A stretch of 25,991 bases of DNA from an uncultured Myxococcales bacterium (GTDB lineage: Bacteria > Myxococcota_A > Bradymonadia > UBA4248): assembly GCA_964454015.1 (NCBI GenBank), contig CAYVQF010000041.1, positions 1 to 25,991 of the forward strand, in the 5' to 3' direction. Below, in pieces: positions 15,419 through 25,431 of this stretch. The position numbers were made by a program, and so were the translations under genes. The notes under the pieces are model-generated. The model worked only from the letters and a program-made list of their open reading frames with translations, searched no databases and was not told where the DNA came from. The stretch's first letter is position 1. Each line of letters begins with the position of its first letter.

Positions 15419-18400
15419 GGCAGCTCCCGGACGCAGCGAAATCCCACACGCGGCAGGCGCGCGCAACCCAGCTCCCCCGACGGCGCTGGCGCCATCATCG
15501 CCGCCTGCCACCAGAACGGGGCGTCATCGCTCGCGCCGCCCATGATCCCAAAGCCGCCGCTGCAGTGCTGGCGCAAGCCCGGCTCACAGCGCACCCACTC
15601 CCCCACTGAGGCGGCCAAATCGAAAATCCCCTCGGGGGTCCGGTTCCACGCCACACTGGCAACCCCACGCTGCCCGCGCAGCGCCTCCTCCCGCGACTCA
15701 CTCAACTCACCGGCGAAGGCATAGTTGCGCCCCTCCAACCCCCGGGCCAAAGCCTCAAAGTCCCGCTCCGTCGGCAAGCGCATCCCCAAACTGGCACAAA
15801 AAGCCTCGGCCTCCAGCGCCCCCACCCCGGTCAAGGGCGCGCCATCCTCGGCACAGAGCGCCACCTGCCCCACGCACGCCGTCGCCGGCGCCTGGCCCGA
15901 CGCGAGCCACCGCCACAAGCCACACGTCACCTCAGTGCTCATCACCTCTAGCCGCGGCCGCTGCCAAGTCTCCCGCGCCAACACCGCCACCCCCGGACGC
16001 GCAAAATGGTGCAGGTCGCGATGAACCCGGCGCAGCCACTCTTGTTGCCGCTCGCTCAGGCCCAGCTCCACTTCGCCCGTCTCGACGCGCAACAGGGGCA
16101 CCTTGTCGGCGATCTCTCTGGGATCCACGTAAGGTAGTTGCCAACGCCCTTCAGCGTAACGCCCTTGACTCAGGGCGTGCGCCTCACCGTCCAAGCCGCG
16201 GCGCAGCACCCACAGTCGTACGGCCACCGCCGCAGCCTCCTCCCGCGCAGGCGGGAGCACGGGACCGGCAGCGCCGAGCACGCGCAGGGACTCACCCCGC
16301 TGCAGGCGCTGCGCCACATCGTCCAGCAGCATGGGCGCGGCGATGACCTCAGCGCCACTGCCGAGGCGCGCCAGCGCCTGCTGCCAGCCTTCCTCGCCCG
16401 CCGCGGGAACGGCCAGGATCAACCCCAGGCCGAGGCGCACCGTCGCGTCATAGACCGCAGCGCTGCGCTTGCTCAACGCCAGCTCGCCAAAGTCGGCGCG
16501 CACCGTCTCGGCCAAGGCCGCAAAGGCCGGCCCCTCGCCGCCCTCTCGCCCCACGATCTGCACCCGGTCCAGCAGGTCGCCCTGGCGCATCAGATCGAAG
16601 AGCGCCCGGGTGTGTGCCCAGTCCAGGGTGAGGTAGCGCGGCCCGCCCGCGGCAAAGGCCGCCTCGATGAAGCCAAGCACCTCTGCGCTCTCCTCTTCAC
16701 CAAGCAGAAGGAGCAAGTCCGCACCGGCGGCGGCCACCCGCTGCGCCATCGCGCGCCGCGCCTCTTCTTTGCCGCCATAGCGCTCGATCTGGGTCTGCAC
16801 TTGGCTCCCAGCCAGGGCGGGCAGCAACTCGGCGAGGAGGCGCTCGCCGCGCTCCCCATCGGGCACCACCACTGCCACCTGGCGCTGTTCTTGAAGTTGC
16901 ACAAAAGCCGCCACGGCGCGCAGCGTGTCCAAGGCATCGCCGCCCGCATAATGCAGGGACGTGTCGCCGCCCACCCCAAGCCCTGGCCCCGGGGCCGCCA
17001 GCCGCAACGGCCCCTCGGCCACGGCGCGCGCCACCAGAGTAGCGCGGCTCGAGGCCAGGGGCAGCACCAGGGCGTCGACCCCCACGTGGTTCACCAAGTG
17101 GGCGGCCGCCCGCGAGCTGCGTTGCCCATCACCACCGTCGTCACAGGAGATGAGCACCAGGGGCGGCGTCAAAGCCGCGCTGTTCAGCCCGCGCACGGCC
17201 AAGCGCGCCACCAGCATGGCCTGTCGCACCTCGCCGTTGGTGCCGTTGTCGATGTGGCCGATGAAGCGGGCCTGATCCACGCCGACGGCGCCTTCGACCA
17301 CGTGGCAGTCTTCAGACTGCCAGGACACACAGGCGCCCTCACGGCACAAGGTCTCACCGGGGCACTCACTGTGGCGGCGACAGGAGGGCGCCCCTTCTGG
17401 GCCCGCGCTGGCTTCGGTCGTTTGCGGGCGCGGTGTGGCGGTCTTCTCGTCACTCAGGAGGCGCAGGCCCACGGCGATGCCCAGAATCCCCAGGGCAAAG
17501 AGGGCCAGGAGCCAGATCCAGGTGCGCCGGGCCGCGCCGCTGTCGTCCGCGCCGGCCGCAGGTGCCGCAAGGGGAGCCGCCCCCGCAGGCGCACGCCCCG
17601 GCGCAGGTGGATCCAAAGAGGGGCGTTCGCCGCGGCGCCAGTCGTCGAGATCGGCCATCATGGTCTCGGCATTGGCGTAGCGCGCGCCGAGGTCCTTGGC
17701 GACGGCACAGCTCAGGATGGCGCGCAGCCCGGGATCGGTGATTTCGGCGGGGATGGCGATGGGGTCGTCGTCGACGTGGCGCAGGGCCACCTCGAAGTTG
17801 CTGTCGCCTTGGATGGCCACGCGGCCGCTCAGGGCCTCGATGAAGACCAGGCCCCAGGAGTAGAGGTCCGACTGGGGGGTCATGGGGCGCTGGCGGAGCT
17901 GTTCCGGCGAGATGTACTGGGGTGTGCCGCGTACTTCTTGCTTGGAGGTCAGGCTGACGTAGCTCTTGTCGCGGGCTTCGACCAGGATGCCGGCGATGCC
18001 GAAATCGAGGACCATGGCGTTGCGGCAGCGGCCCCCGGGGGTGAGCATGATGTTCTGCGGTTTGAGATCGCGGTGGATGATGCCTTGGCGGTGGGCATAG
18101 GCCAGGGCGTCGGCCACTTGGCTCATGAGGTGCACCGCTTCCTCGACGCCGAGCTTGCCCTCACGGCGGATGACATCGTGGAGGGTGTGGCCCTCGATGA
18201 AGTCCAGGACCAGGAAGAGTTCTTTGTCGCCCATGGTCCCGGCGTCGATGAGGCGGACGATGTTGGGATGCTTCAGGCGGGAGATGAGCTTCATCTCGCG
18301 GTTGAAGCGTTTGACCTCGCGCCACACCTCTTCCTTGCGCACGCTCTCCGTGAGGAGAAACTTGACCGCCACGGTTTGGCCCGTGGAGATCTGGGTGGCC

Positions 18401-18492
18401 CTATAGACGACTCCAAAACCGCCTTCGCCGATCTGCTCGTCGAGTCGAAAGCGGTCGTCGATGACCTCACCCTTGCGCGCGCGTCCAGCCAT
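15415..18492 (-). CDS. Receptor-type Ser/Thr protein kinase: kinase domain, single TM, PBP1-like (Leu/Ile/Val-binding-type) ectodomain, C-terminal FGE-sulfatase domain
   Basis: Kinase motifs GEGGFGVVY, VAVK, HRDLKPQNIML, DFG, SPEQ. TM WIWLLALFALGILGIAVGLRLL encoded at about 17462-17527. Cys-rich segment, then a periplasmic-binding-protein-like region. FGE-type C-terminus (VGEWVRCEP..., RVGFRCVRE). ATG at 18492 chosen over the track's TTG at 18591. Confidence 0.85.
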   Translation of the reverse strand: MAGRARKGEVIDDRFRLDEQIGEGGFGVVYRATQISTGQTVAVKFLLTESVRKEEVWREVKRFNREMKLISRLKHPNIVRLIDAGTMGDKELFLVLDFIEGHTLHDVIRREGKLGVEEAVHLMSQVADALAYAHRQGIIHRDLKPQNIMLTPGGRCRNAMVLDFGIAGILVEARDKSYVSLTSKQEVRGTPQYISPEQLRQRPMTPQSDLYSWGLVFIEALSGRVAIQGDSNFEVALRHVDDDPIAIPAEITDPGLRAILSCAVAKDLGARYANAETMMADLDDWRRGERPSLDPPAPGRAPAGAAPLAAPAAGADDSGAARRTWIWLLALFALGILGIAVGLRLLSDEKTATPRPQTTEASAGPEGAPSCRRHSECPGETLCREGACVSWQSEDCHVVEGAVGVDQARFIGHIDNGTNGEVRQAMLVARLAVRGLNSAALTPPLVLISCDDGGDGQRSSRAAAHLVNHVGVDALVLPLASSRATLVARAVAEGPLRLAAPGPGLGVGGDTSLHYAGGDALDTLRAVAAFVQLQEQRQVAVVVPDGERGERLLAELLPALAGSQVQTQIERYGGKEEARRAMAQRVAAAGADLLLLLGEEESAEVLGFIEAAFAAGGPRYLTLDWAHTRALFDLMRQGDLLDRVQIVGREGGEGPAFAALAETVRADFGELALSKRSAAVYDATVRLGLGLILAVPAAGEEGWQQALARLGSGAEVIAAPMLLDDVAQRLQRGESLRVLGAAGPVLPPAREEAAAVAVRLWVLRRGLDGEAHALSQGRYAEGRWQLPYVDPREIADKVPLLRVETGEVELGLSERQQEWLRRVHRDLHHFARPGVAVLARETWQRPRLEVMSTEVTCGLWRWLASGQAPATACVGQVALCAEDGAPLTGVGALEAEAFCASLGMRLPTERDFEALARGLEGRNYAFAGELSESREEALRGQRGVASVAWNRTPEGIFDLAASVGEWVRCEPGLRQHCSGGFGIMGGASDDAPFWWQAAMMAPAPSGELGCARLPRVGFRCVRELP

Positions 18493-18629
18493 CTCACCAC
18501 CTTGCGCCAAGTGCCCAGCGCGGCGCCTGATCTGCGCCCAGGGCCGCCGCGATCCAAGGATGGCACGCCGCCCGCGTTTTGTGCAAGCCAAGGCGCAGCG
18601 TGGGGTGATCCGCGCGTTGACATCGGGCC

Positions 18630-18658
18630 TTGCATCACCGGCCTATTGTGGCTATGAA
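18630..18658 (+). promoter_or_regulatory. Candidate sigma70-like promoter (TTGCAT, 17-nt spacer, TATGAA) for the downstream outer-membrane protein gene
   Basis: Read directly in the relatively AT-richer divergent intergenic region. Hexamers are only partial matches to consensus. Confidence 0.2.
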
Positions 18659-18789
18659 GCAAAGCCGGGCAGAGATTGGCTCTTCATGCGTTTATTGGAG
18701 CATCTTCAGCGAATTTTTTCCGCTCTTTTCTGCCACTGTTCGCACTTCTCGCGGCGGCGGCCTCACGTCACTTGGCTCATGAGGAACAC

Positions 18790-20037
18790 ATGCGCAAAAA
18801 CTTGTTTACATTGTTGGTTTTCTTTGCTGCCGTCACTTGCGGTGGCGTCGCGGCCATGGGCCAAGACGGTACGGCCACCACTTATGTCCCCGAAGGGGAG
18901 ATCGTCCAGACCGATACACCGAGTAAGGGGTGGGCCGGTGCGGTCGTGGTGGGTGCGTCCTTCAACATCGCCCAGAACTCCAACGTGGTCGGGCAGACCG
19001 AGGGTTATTCTCTGCTCCTGAGTGGCAACGCCACGGGCTCTCTGGACTACATCCACCTCGACCACGAGTGGCGCAACATCCTGCGCCTCACCCAGGGCTG
19101 GGCCCGCACGCCCGTCATCGATGAGTTCATCAAGAGCAACGACGTCCTGGCCCTCGAGAGCCTCTACAACTACTTCGTCACCTCTTGGTTCGGCCCCTTC
19201 GCGCGCCTCTCCTTCGAGACGGCCATGCTCGCCGCTGAGGACGTGCGCGCCAACGACACCACCTACGTGGTAACCCGTTCCAACGGTCAGGTCGACACCT
19301 ATGAGGGCGTGCGGCGGATTACCCTAGCCAACGCCTTCGAGCCCTTCTCCATGGAGCAGTCCATCGGTGTCTTCGCCCAGCCCATCAAGAGCAACCCCTT
19401 CACCCTGGCCGTGCGCGCTGGTGTGGGCGGTCGCGAGACCTTGGCCGATGGCGTCTTGGTCGTCAGCGACGACGGCGCCACGCCGGAGCTGGAAGTGCTC
19501 GAGCTCAGCAACGTCTTGCAGGCGGGTGCGGAGCTCTTCCTCACGATGAACGGCAAGGCCGTGGAAGACCGCTTGCGCTGGTCAGCCCTGGCCAGCGTGA
19601 TGTTTCCCTTCCTCACCAACGACGACACGGATCGCGGGGTGATGGACCTGACCAAGTGGGCCTTCGCCGCTAACCTCAGTATTTCCGTCTTCTCGTGGAT
19701 GTCTCTGGACTACCAACTGAAAGTTTTGCTCGACCCGCAGCTCTTGGACGAGTGGCAGATTCAGAACAACCTGCTCTTGACCTTCAACTACACCCTGATC
19801 GAAGCCAAGGCCCCCCCGGCGCCTCCGGCGCCAGACCCGGTCGCGGCCGAGAAAGAGGCCTTGGCGGCCGAGCTGAAAGCCGCCCAAGAGAAGGCACAAG
19901 AGGCTGAGAACAAGATCCAGGAGGCACAGGCCCAAGCGCTCGCCGCCGAGGAACGCGCCAAGGCCGCTGAAGCCCGCGCCGCTGCCGCTGAAGCCGCGGC
20001 GCCCGCGCCGGCTCCCGTGGAAGAAGGCAACGACTGA
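18790..20037 (+). CDS. Secreted or outer-membrane protein (beta-rich, possible barrel) with Ala/Glu/Lys-rich coiled-coil C-terminal tail
   Basis: AGGAA SD, ATG, then signal peptide MRKNLFTLLVFFAAVTCGGVAAMGQ. Alternating hydrophobic pattern ending LLLTFNYTLIEA. Then PPAPPAPDP...AEKEALAAELKAAQEKAQEAENKIQEAQAQALAAEERAKAAEARAAAAEAAAPAPAP. Confidence 0.6.
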   Translation: MRKNLFTLLVFFAAVTCGGVAAMGQDGTATTYVPEGEIVQTDTPSKGWAGAVVVGASFNIAQNSNVVGQTEGYSLLLSGNATGSLDYIHLDHEWRNILRLTQGWARTPVIDEFIKSNDVLALESLYNYFVTSWFGPFARLSFETAMLAAEDVRANDTTYVVTRSNGQVDTYEGVRRITLANAFEPFSMEQSIGVFAQPIKSNPFTLAVRAGVGGRETLADGVLVVSDDGATPELEVLELSNVLQAGAELFLTMNGKAVEDRLRWSALASVMFPFLTNDDTDRGVMDLTKWAFAANLSISVFSWMSLDYQLKVLLDPQLLDEWQIQNNLLLTFNYTLIEAKAPPAPPAPDPVAAEKEALAAELKAAQEKAQEAENKIQEAQAQALAAEERAKAAEARAAAAEAAAPAPAPVEEGND

Positions 20038-20057
20038 GGCCTAGGCCGGCCGGCGCC

Positions 20058-20084
20058 GGCTCCTGGTCCCGCGGCCGAGGTGCC
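20058..20084. terminator. GC-rich hairpin between convergent genes (possible bidirectional terminator, no U-tract)
   Basis: cccgcggccg-aggtgc-cggccgcgcgg imperfect inverted repeat, read directly. Confidence 0.2.
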
Positions 20085-20207
20085 GGCCGCGCGGCCACTC
20101 AAACAGAGCCCACGATAAACGATAACCTTGCCCGCATCTCCACGCCTGGAGCGGGGCTGGGGGGCGAGGTCTCGAGCGCTGGCGGGCACCCACCGGGCCC
20201 AGGTGGA

Positions 20208-20876
20208 TCAATCACCCAGCTCGAGCAGGGCGCGTTCGTGCATGCGGTTGATGCTGAGGTACACCGCCTCGAACTCGGCACCACTCATGACGAGTTGATG
20301 GGTCTCTTCACAGATGACGTCGGGCAAAGCCGCTGCCTGGGCGGCACCTTCGTAGCCCTGGAGAACGCCCACGACCATGGGCTCGGGCCCCAGAGCGCCC
20401 TCGACCCCGTAAACCAGGCGCAACAGGCTCGACTTGAGGGCAAACTCGAAGATGAACACGTGCTGGTCGTCATAGGCAGCGGCCAGGGCCGGGACGACCT
20501 CCTCCGCCAAAACATCGAGGAGATAGGTCAACGCAGCGGCGCCGTCCGTGGTGCCATCACCCGAGCGGGGTGGCAGCGTCGGCAGGACCAGGCCGAGCTC
20601 GCCGGCAATATTTTTGGCGGTGACGAAGGCCTCCTGCACGGCCTCATCGGGCGCGCCGCGGGAATGGGCCAACGCGGCGAGGGAGAGCTTGGCCGCAAAA
20701 ACCAAGGTCTTCTGCTTGCTGTTCCAGGTGGCCTTGGTGTGGGGTGTCCCTGGGTTCTCCTCTTGGGGTGCCGCGGCCGTTTTCGGCTGGGCGGCCGGTG
20801 CCGTCGGCGTCTCTTTGTCGCACGCCACAGGGGCAGCCAAAGCCAATAACATCCACATCAAGACCTTTCGCACCAT
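20208..20876 (-). CDS. Hypothetical lipoprotein or secreted protein
   Basis: GAGGTAGG SD before the ATG. Signal peptide MVRKVLMWMLLALAAPVAC with Cys right after a near-lipobox. No recognisable catalytic motif. Confidence 0.55.
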   Translation of the reverse strand: MVRKVLMWMLLALAAPVACDKETPTAPAAQPKTAAAPQEENPGTPHTKATWNSKQKTLVFAAKLSLAALAHSRGAPDEAVQEAFVTAKNIAGELGLVLPTLPPRSGDGTTDGAAALTYLLDVLAEEVVPALAAAYDDQHVFIFEFALKSSLLRLVYGVEGALGPEPMVVGVLQGYEGAAQAAALPDVICEETHQLVMSGAEFEAVYLSINRMHERALLELGD

Positions 20877-21086
20877 GCCTACCTCGAGATCAGTCGCAGC
20901 AAAAGCGCCGCTAGGGCGGCATGCTAATCCTTTGCGGCGCCCTTGTCTTCCTCTCTCGTTGGGCGACGCGAGTCTTTGTACTTGGACGACAACGCGTTAT
21001 GCTACGGTGATCTAGTCGCCCCCGGGCACCTCGCCTGGCGGTCGCCGCCAGCGCGCAGGCGCTCTCTCCCCTGATTTGGAGGTCTC

Positions 21087-22736
21087 ATGTCCGTCTCTCC
21101 TCTCGCCGGCCAAGCCGCGCCCAAGTCGATCCTGGTCCAAGTCCCACGACTCATGACGGCCTACTACACCCAGACCCCCGACCCAGAGCGCCCGGAAGAG
21201 CGGGTCGCTTTCGGCACCTCGGGCCACCGCGGCGTCTCCCTCAAGTCCAGCTTCAACGAAGCCCACATCGCCGCCATCACGCAAGCCGTGTGTGATTACC
21301 GCCAAGCCCAAGGCTTCTCGGGGCCCCTCTTCATGGGCATGGATCCCCACGCCCTCTCCGATCCGGCCCAGGTCACGGCCGTAGAGGTGTGCGCGGCCAA
21401 CGAGATCACCGTGATGATTCAGGCGGATCTGGGCTATACGCCGACGCCGGTCATCTCCCACGCCATCTTGGCCTATAACCGTGGCCGCAGCAGCGGCCTA
21501 GCCGACGGCGTCGTCATCACCCCCTCACACAACCCACCAGAGTACGGTGGCTTCAAGTACAATCCACCTCACGGTGGGCCCGCCGACACTGACGCCACCC
21601 GCTGGATCGAGTCCCGGGCCAACGACTACCTCCGCGCCAAGCTCACCGGCGTCAAGCGTATCCCCTGGCAGCGCGCTCGCCAGCTCAGCACCACCGTCTC
21701 TTACGACTATGTCACGCCCTACGTCGAAGACCTGGCCCAGGTCATCGACATGCCGGCCATCGCCGCCGCGGGCCTGCGCCTCGGCGTCGATCCCATGGGC
21801 GGCTCGGGCCTGGCCTATTGGGCTCCCATCGCCGAGCGCTACGGGCTCGACATCCACCTGGTCAACGACACCTTCGATCCCACCTTCGCCTTCATGCACG
21901 TCGACTGGGATGGGAAGATCCGCATGGATTGCTCCTCGCCCTACGCCATGGCCGGTCTCATCGCCCTGAAAGACCGCTTCGATCTGGCCTTCGGCAACGA
22001 CCCCGACTACGACCGCCACGGCATCGTCACCTCCCGCGGGCTGATGAATCCCAACCACTACCTCGCCGTGGTCATCGACTACCTTCTGGCCCACCGCCCG
22101 GAGTGGTCACCCCAAGCCGCCGTGGGCAAGACCCTGGTCTCGAGCAGCCTCATCGATCGGGTCGTGGCGGCGCACGATCGGCGCCTCCACGAGGTGCCCG
22201 TGGGCTTCAAGTGGTTCGTCCCGGGGCTGCGCGACGGTTCCTGCGTCTTTGGCGGCGAAGAGAGCGCTGGCGCCTCCTTCCTGCGCCGCGACGGCACCAC
22301 CTGGACCACCGACAAGGACGGCATCATCCTCGCCCTGGCCGCCGCCGAGCTCACCGCCAAGACCCAGCGCGACCCAGGCGAGCATTACCAGCGTCTCACC
22401 GAACGGTTTGGCGCACCGTGCTACGCCCGCGTCGACGCCCCGGCGAGCGCCGCGCGCCGCCAAGCCATGGCCAAGCTCAGCCCAGAGGACGTCAGCGCCG
22501 ACGTCCTGGCGGGCGATCCCATCCGCGCCAAGCTCACCCACGCCCCGGGCAATGGCGCCGCCATGGGCGGGCTGAAGGTGGTCAGCGAGCGCGGCTGGTT
22601 CGCGGCGCGGCCTTCAGGCACGGAGGACGTTTACAAGATCTACGCCGAGAGCTTCGTCGACGCGGCGCATCTGAGCCAGATCCAAGGCGAAGCCCAACAG
22701 ATCGTCGCCAGCGCCATGGAGAAGCTCGGCCTTTGA
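21087..22736 (+). CDS. pgm: Phosphoglucomutase, alpha-D-glucose phosphate-specific
   Basis: 549 aa. Active-site loop [43 protein letters not shown] before the ATG. Confidence 0.9.
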   Translation: MSVSPLAGQAAPKSILVQVPRLMTAYYTQTPDPERPEERVAFGTSGHRGVSLKSSFNEAHIAAITQAVCDYRQAQGFSGPLFMGMDPHALSDPAQVTAVEVCAANEITVMIQADLGYTPTPVISHAILAYNRGRSSGLADGVVITPSHNPPEYGGFKYNPPHGGPADTDATRWIESRANDYLRAKLTGVKRIPWQRARQLSTTVSYDYVTPYVEDLAQVIDMPAIAAAGLRLGVDPMGGSGLAYWAPIAERYGLDIHLVNDTFDPTFAFMHVDWDGKIRMDCSSPYAMAGLIALKDRFDLAFGNDPDYDRHGIVTSRGLMNPNHYLAVVIDYLLAHRPEWSPQAAVGKTLVSSSLIDRVVAAHDRRLHEVPVGFKWFVPGLRDGSCVFGGEESAGASFLRRDGTTWTTDKDGIILALAAAELTAKTQRDPGEHYQRLTERFGAPCYARVDAPASAARRQAMAKLSPEDVSADVLAGDPIRAKLTHAPGNGAAMGGLKVVSERGWFAARPSGTEDVYKIYAESFVDAAHLSQIQGEAQQIVASAMEKLGL

Positions 22737-23872
22737 GAGACACATCAGGCGCTCCACCCGGTCTCCACCGAGACCTCCCGCTGGCTCCCTACACCACCCT
22801 CGGTGTCGGTGGCGCAGCCAAGTACTGGCTCGCCCCGACCAGCGTCACGGCGGCGCGCGAGGCTTGCGCGTGGGCTCACGCGCAGGCTCTCCCTCTCTTC
22901 ATCCTCGGGCAGGGTTCCAACCTCGTCGTCTGTGACGACGGTTTCTCCGGCCTGGTCCTGCACCCGGCTTTTGCTGGGATCAGCACCTGCGGCCAGGAGG
23001 ACAGGGACACGCTGGTCGTCGCCGAAGCCGGCGTGGACTGGGATGGGCTGGTGGCCTGGAGTGTGGAGCAAGCTCTGGGAGGACTCGAGACTTTGAGCGG
23101 CATCCCCGGGCAAGTGGGCGCCGCACCCGTGCAGAACATCGGCGCCTACGGCAACGAGGTGGGTGAGCGCATCGCTTGGGTCGAGGCCCTCGACCTCCAG
23201 CGCGGCACCATGACGACCCTGGCGCACGACGCCTGCGGCTTCTCCTACCGCAGCAGCCACTTCAAAGGGCCCTGGGCTGGGCGTTACCTCATCACGCGCG
23301 TCGCCTTGCGTCTGCCGCCAGCGGCACCACTGCGCCCGCACTACGCTGAGCTCGGCGCAACCCTCGGTGCGGGCGATCACCAGCCGGAGGTGGTCCGGGA
23401 GGCCGTGCTGGGCATCCGGCGCCGCAAGGCCATGCTCCACGACCCCCACGACCCCAACAGCCGCAGCGCCGGCTCCTTCTTTACCAACCCCATCATCGAT
23501 CAGGTCACGGCCGACGAGATCTTGGCGCGCAGCCAGCCAGCGCCACCGACCCTACACCGCACGCCCGATGGGCGTTGGAAAATCTCGGCCGCCTGGCTCA
23601 TCGAGCAGGCCGGCTTCCACCGTGGACACCAACACGGCCGGGCGGGACTCTCTGGGCGCCACTGCCTGGCGCTGATCAACCGCGGCGAAGCCACGGCCTG
23701 CGAAATCCTTGATCTTGCGCGGCAAATACGCCAGGCTGTGCGGGACATTTTTGCAGTGGACTTGACCCCTGAACCCGTCTGGCTCGACCAGCACGGTGCG
23801 GGGCCCATGCCCTTGGACGACAACCCTACACGAGGAGTTTGCGATGGCAGAATTGAAGGTCAACGTCGGTGA
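22733..23872 (+). CDS. murB: UDP-N-acetylenolpyruvoylglucosamine reductase (UDP-N-acetylmuramate dehydrogenase)
   Basis: [13 protein letters not shown] (compare E. coli LKPWNTFGID), [35 protein letters not shown]. There is no ATG/GTG after the pgm stop in this frame. The only canonical candidate is TTG at 22733, overlapping the pgm TGA (cTTTGA); CTG at 22781 is the alternative. The 3' end overlaps the next gene by 29 bp. Confidence 0.7.
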   Translation: MRDTSGAPPGLHRDLPLAPYTTLGVGGAAKYWLAPTSVTAAREACAWAHAQALPLFILGQGSNLVVCDDGFSGLVLHPAFAGISTCGQEDRDTLVVAEAGVDWDGLVAWSVEQALGGLETLSGIPGQVGAAPVQNIGAYGNEVGERIAWVEALDLQRGTMTTLAHDACGFSYRSSHFKGPWAGRYLITRVALRLPPAAPLRPHYAELGATLGAGDHQPEVVREAVLGIRRRKAMLHDPHDPNSRSAGSFFTNPIIDQVTADEILARSQPAPPTLHRTPDGRWKISAAWLIEQAGFHRGHQHGRAGLSGRHCLALINRGEATACEILDLARQIRQAVRDIFAVDLTPEPVWLDQHGAGPMPLDDNPTRGVCDGRIEGQRR

Positions 23873-25367
23873 GTGGGTGCAGAAGAACGCCGTGATCTAC
23901 CCCAATAAGTGCGCCGTCAAGTCAGGCGAGCAAGCTTTCACCTACACCGAGATGGCGGAGCGGATGCACCGCATCGCCAACGGACTCAAAGGGCTGGGGC
24001 TGGCCAAAGGCGACCGGGTCATGCTCTATCTCCTGAACGGCATCGAGTACGTCGAAGCCGTCTTCGCTTGCTCCGCCATCGGCCTCATCGCCGTGCCCCT
24101 CAACTGGCGCCTGGGCCAACCCGAGATGGCCTTCATCGTCGAAGACTGCGGGCCCAAAGTGATGATCCACCACGCCGCCTTTGCCAAACGGGCCAAAGCG
24201 CTCCAGGAAGGCGCCAAGCATGAGCTACACCTCATCGAGGTCAAAGAAGGGGGCGGCGCCTCGGCCTACGAGTCCTTCATCGCCGCCGCGGCCCCCGACA
24301 ACGCCATCGATCCCGCCGTCGGCGGCGACGATCCCCACCTCATCATGTACACCGCCGGCACCACGGGCGATCCCAAGGGCGTGGTCCTGAGCCACGCCAA
24401 CTGCTTCTGGCAGTCCGTCAACGGCTGGGCCCTCGGGGTCTCGCCCAGCGCCATCTCACTGGTGCTCTTGCCCCTCTTCCACGTCGGCGGCCTCAACGGC
24501 TCGGTCACGCCCATGATTCACATCGGCGCCACCTGCATCCTGCCACCCAAGTTCGACGTCGAGGACACCTTGCGCACCATGGAGCGCGAGCAGGTGACCG
24601 GCATGGTCGCCGTGCCCGCGGTCTACCAGATGATGTACGAGCACCCCCTCTTTGCCACCACCGATCTGTCGCGGATCGAGGCCTTCATCTCCGGTGGCGC
24701 CCCCTTGAGTTACGACCTCATCTCCAAGTACCACGAACGCGGCCTCGAATTCCGTCAGGGTTACGGTCTGACCGAGACCTCGCCCGGCGCCACGGGCATG
24801 GGCCCCGGAGAGTGCCTCAATAAGGCCGGCACGGCGGGCCGCCCCTGTCTCTACGTCGACATCCGCATCGTCGACGACAACGATCAGCCCCTGCCCATGG
24901 GCCAAGCAGGCGAGGTGGTGATCCGCGGCCCCAACGTCATGCTCGGCTACTGGCAACGCCCCGAAGAGACGGCCAAGGCCATCCGCGACGGCTGGTTCCA
25001 CTCCGGGGACATCGGCTACCTCGACGCGGACAACTTCCTGACCCTGGTCGATCGCAAGAAAGACATGATCATCTCGGGCGGCGAGAATGTTTACCCCGCC
25101 GAAATCGAAAAACTCCTCGCCGGGCACCCGGACATCCAAGACGTGGCGGTCGTCGCGCGCCCTGACGCCAAGTGGGGGGAGGTCCCCGTGGCGGTGGTCG
25201 TGGCCCGGGCTGGCGCGGCGCTGAGCGCCGACAGTGTGCTGGAGATGTGCAACGCCCACCTGGCCCGCTACAAGGTCCCCAAGGCGGTCATCTTCAAAGA
25301 CAGCCTGCCGCGCAACGCCGCAGGCAAGCTGGTCAAAGCGGAGATCCGCAAGATGGTCAACGACTAA
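23844..25367 (+). CDS. AMP-dependent acyl-CoA synthetase/ligase (FadD-like)
   Basis: GAGGAG SD 6 nt before the ATG at 23844. AMP-binding motifs MYTAGTTGDPKGVVLSH, GYGLTETS, WFHSGDIGYLD, ISGGENVYPAEIE, PRNAAGKLVK. Confidence 0.85.
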   Translation: MAELKVNVGEWVQKNAVIYPNKCAVKSGEQAFTYTEMAERMHRIANGLKGLGLAKGDRVMLYLLNGIEYVEAVFACSAIGLIAVPLNWRLGQPEMAFIVEDCGPKVMIHHAAFAKRAKALQEGAKHELHLIEVKEGGGASAYESFIAAAAPDNAIDPAVGGDDPHLIMYTAGTTGDPKGVVLSHANCFWQSVNGWALGVSPSAISLVLLPLFHVGGLNGSVTPMIHIGATCILPPKFDVEDTLRTMEREQVTGMVAVPAVYQMMYEHPLFATTDLSRIEAFISGGAPLSYDLISKYHERGLEFRQGYGLTETSPGATGMGPGECLNKAGTAGRPCLYVDIRIVDDNDQPLPMGQAGEVVIRGPNVMLGYWQRPEETAKAIRDGWFHSGDIGYLDADNFLTLVDRKKDMIISGGENVYPAEIEKLLAGHPDIQDVAVVARPDAKWGEVPVAVVVARAGAALSADSVLEMCNAHLARYKVPKAVIFKDSLPRNAAGKLVKAEIRKMVND

Positions 25368-25375
25368 GCGCCCTG

Positions 25376-25415
25376 AGGGGAGGGCCGCGCCCCCTAGGCC
25401 GCCCCTCCCGATCCG
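25376..25415. terminator. Imperfect GC-rich inverted repeat between convergent gene ends (possible bidirectional terminator)
   Basis: gaGGGGAGGGCCGCGcccctagGCCGCCCCTCCCg read directly. No T-run. Confidence 0.2.
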
Positions 25416-25431
25416 TTAGGTGGCGCCACTT

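Noticed and set aside
16138-18657. 839-aa ORF on the + strand
   Set aside because: Lies entirely antisense to the well-supported Ser/Thr kinase gene. Its product is a low-complexity Arg/Ala/Gly/Pro-rich sequence typical of stop-codon-poor antisense frames in high-GC DNA.
21818-22732. N-terminal 300 aa of the 684-aa ORF 21818..23872
   Set aside because: This part overlaps pgm out of frame and is Arg/Pro/Gly-rich nonsense. Only the portion from about 22733 onward shows MurB homology.
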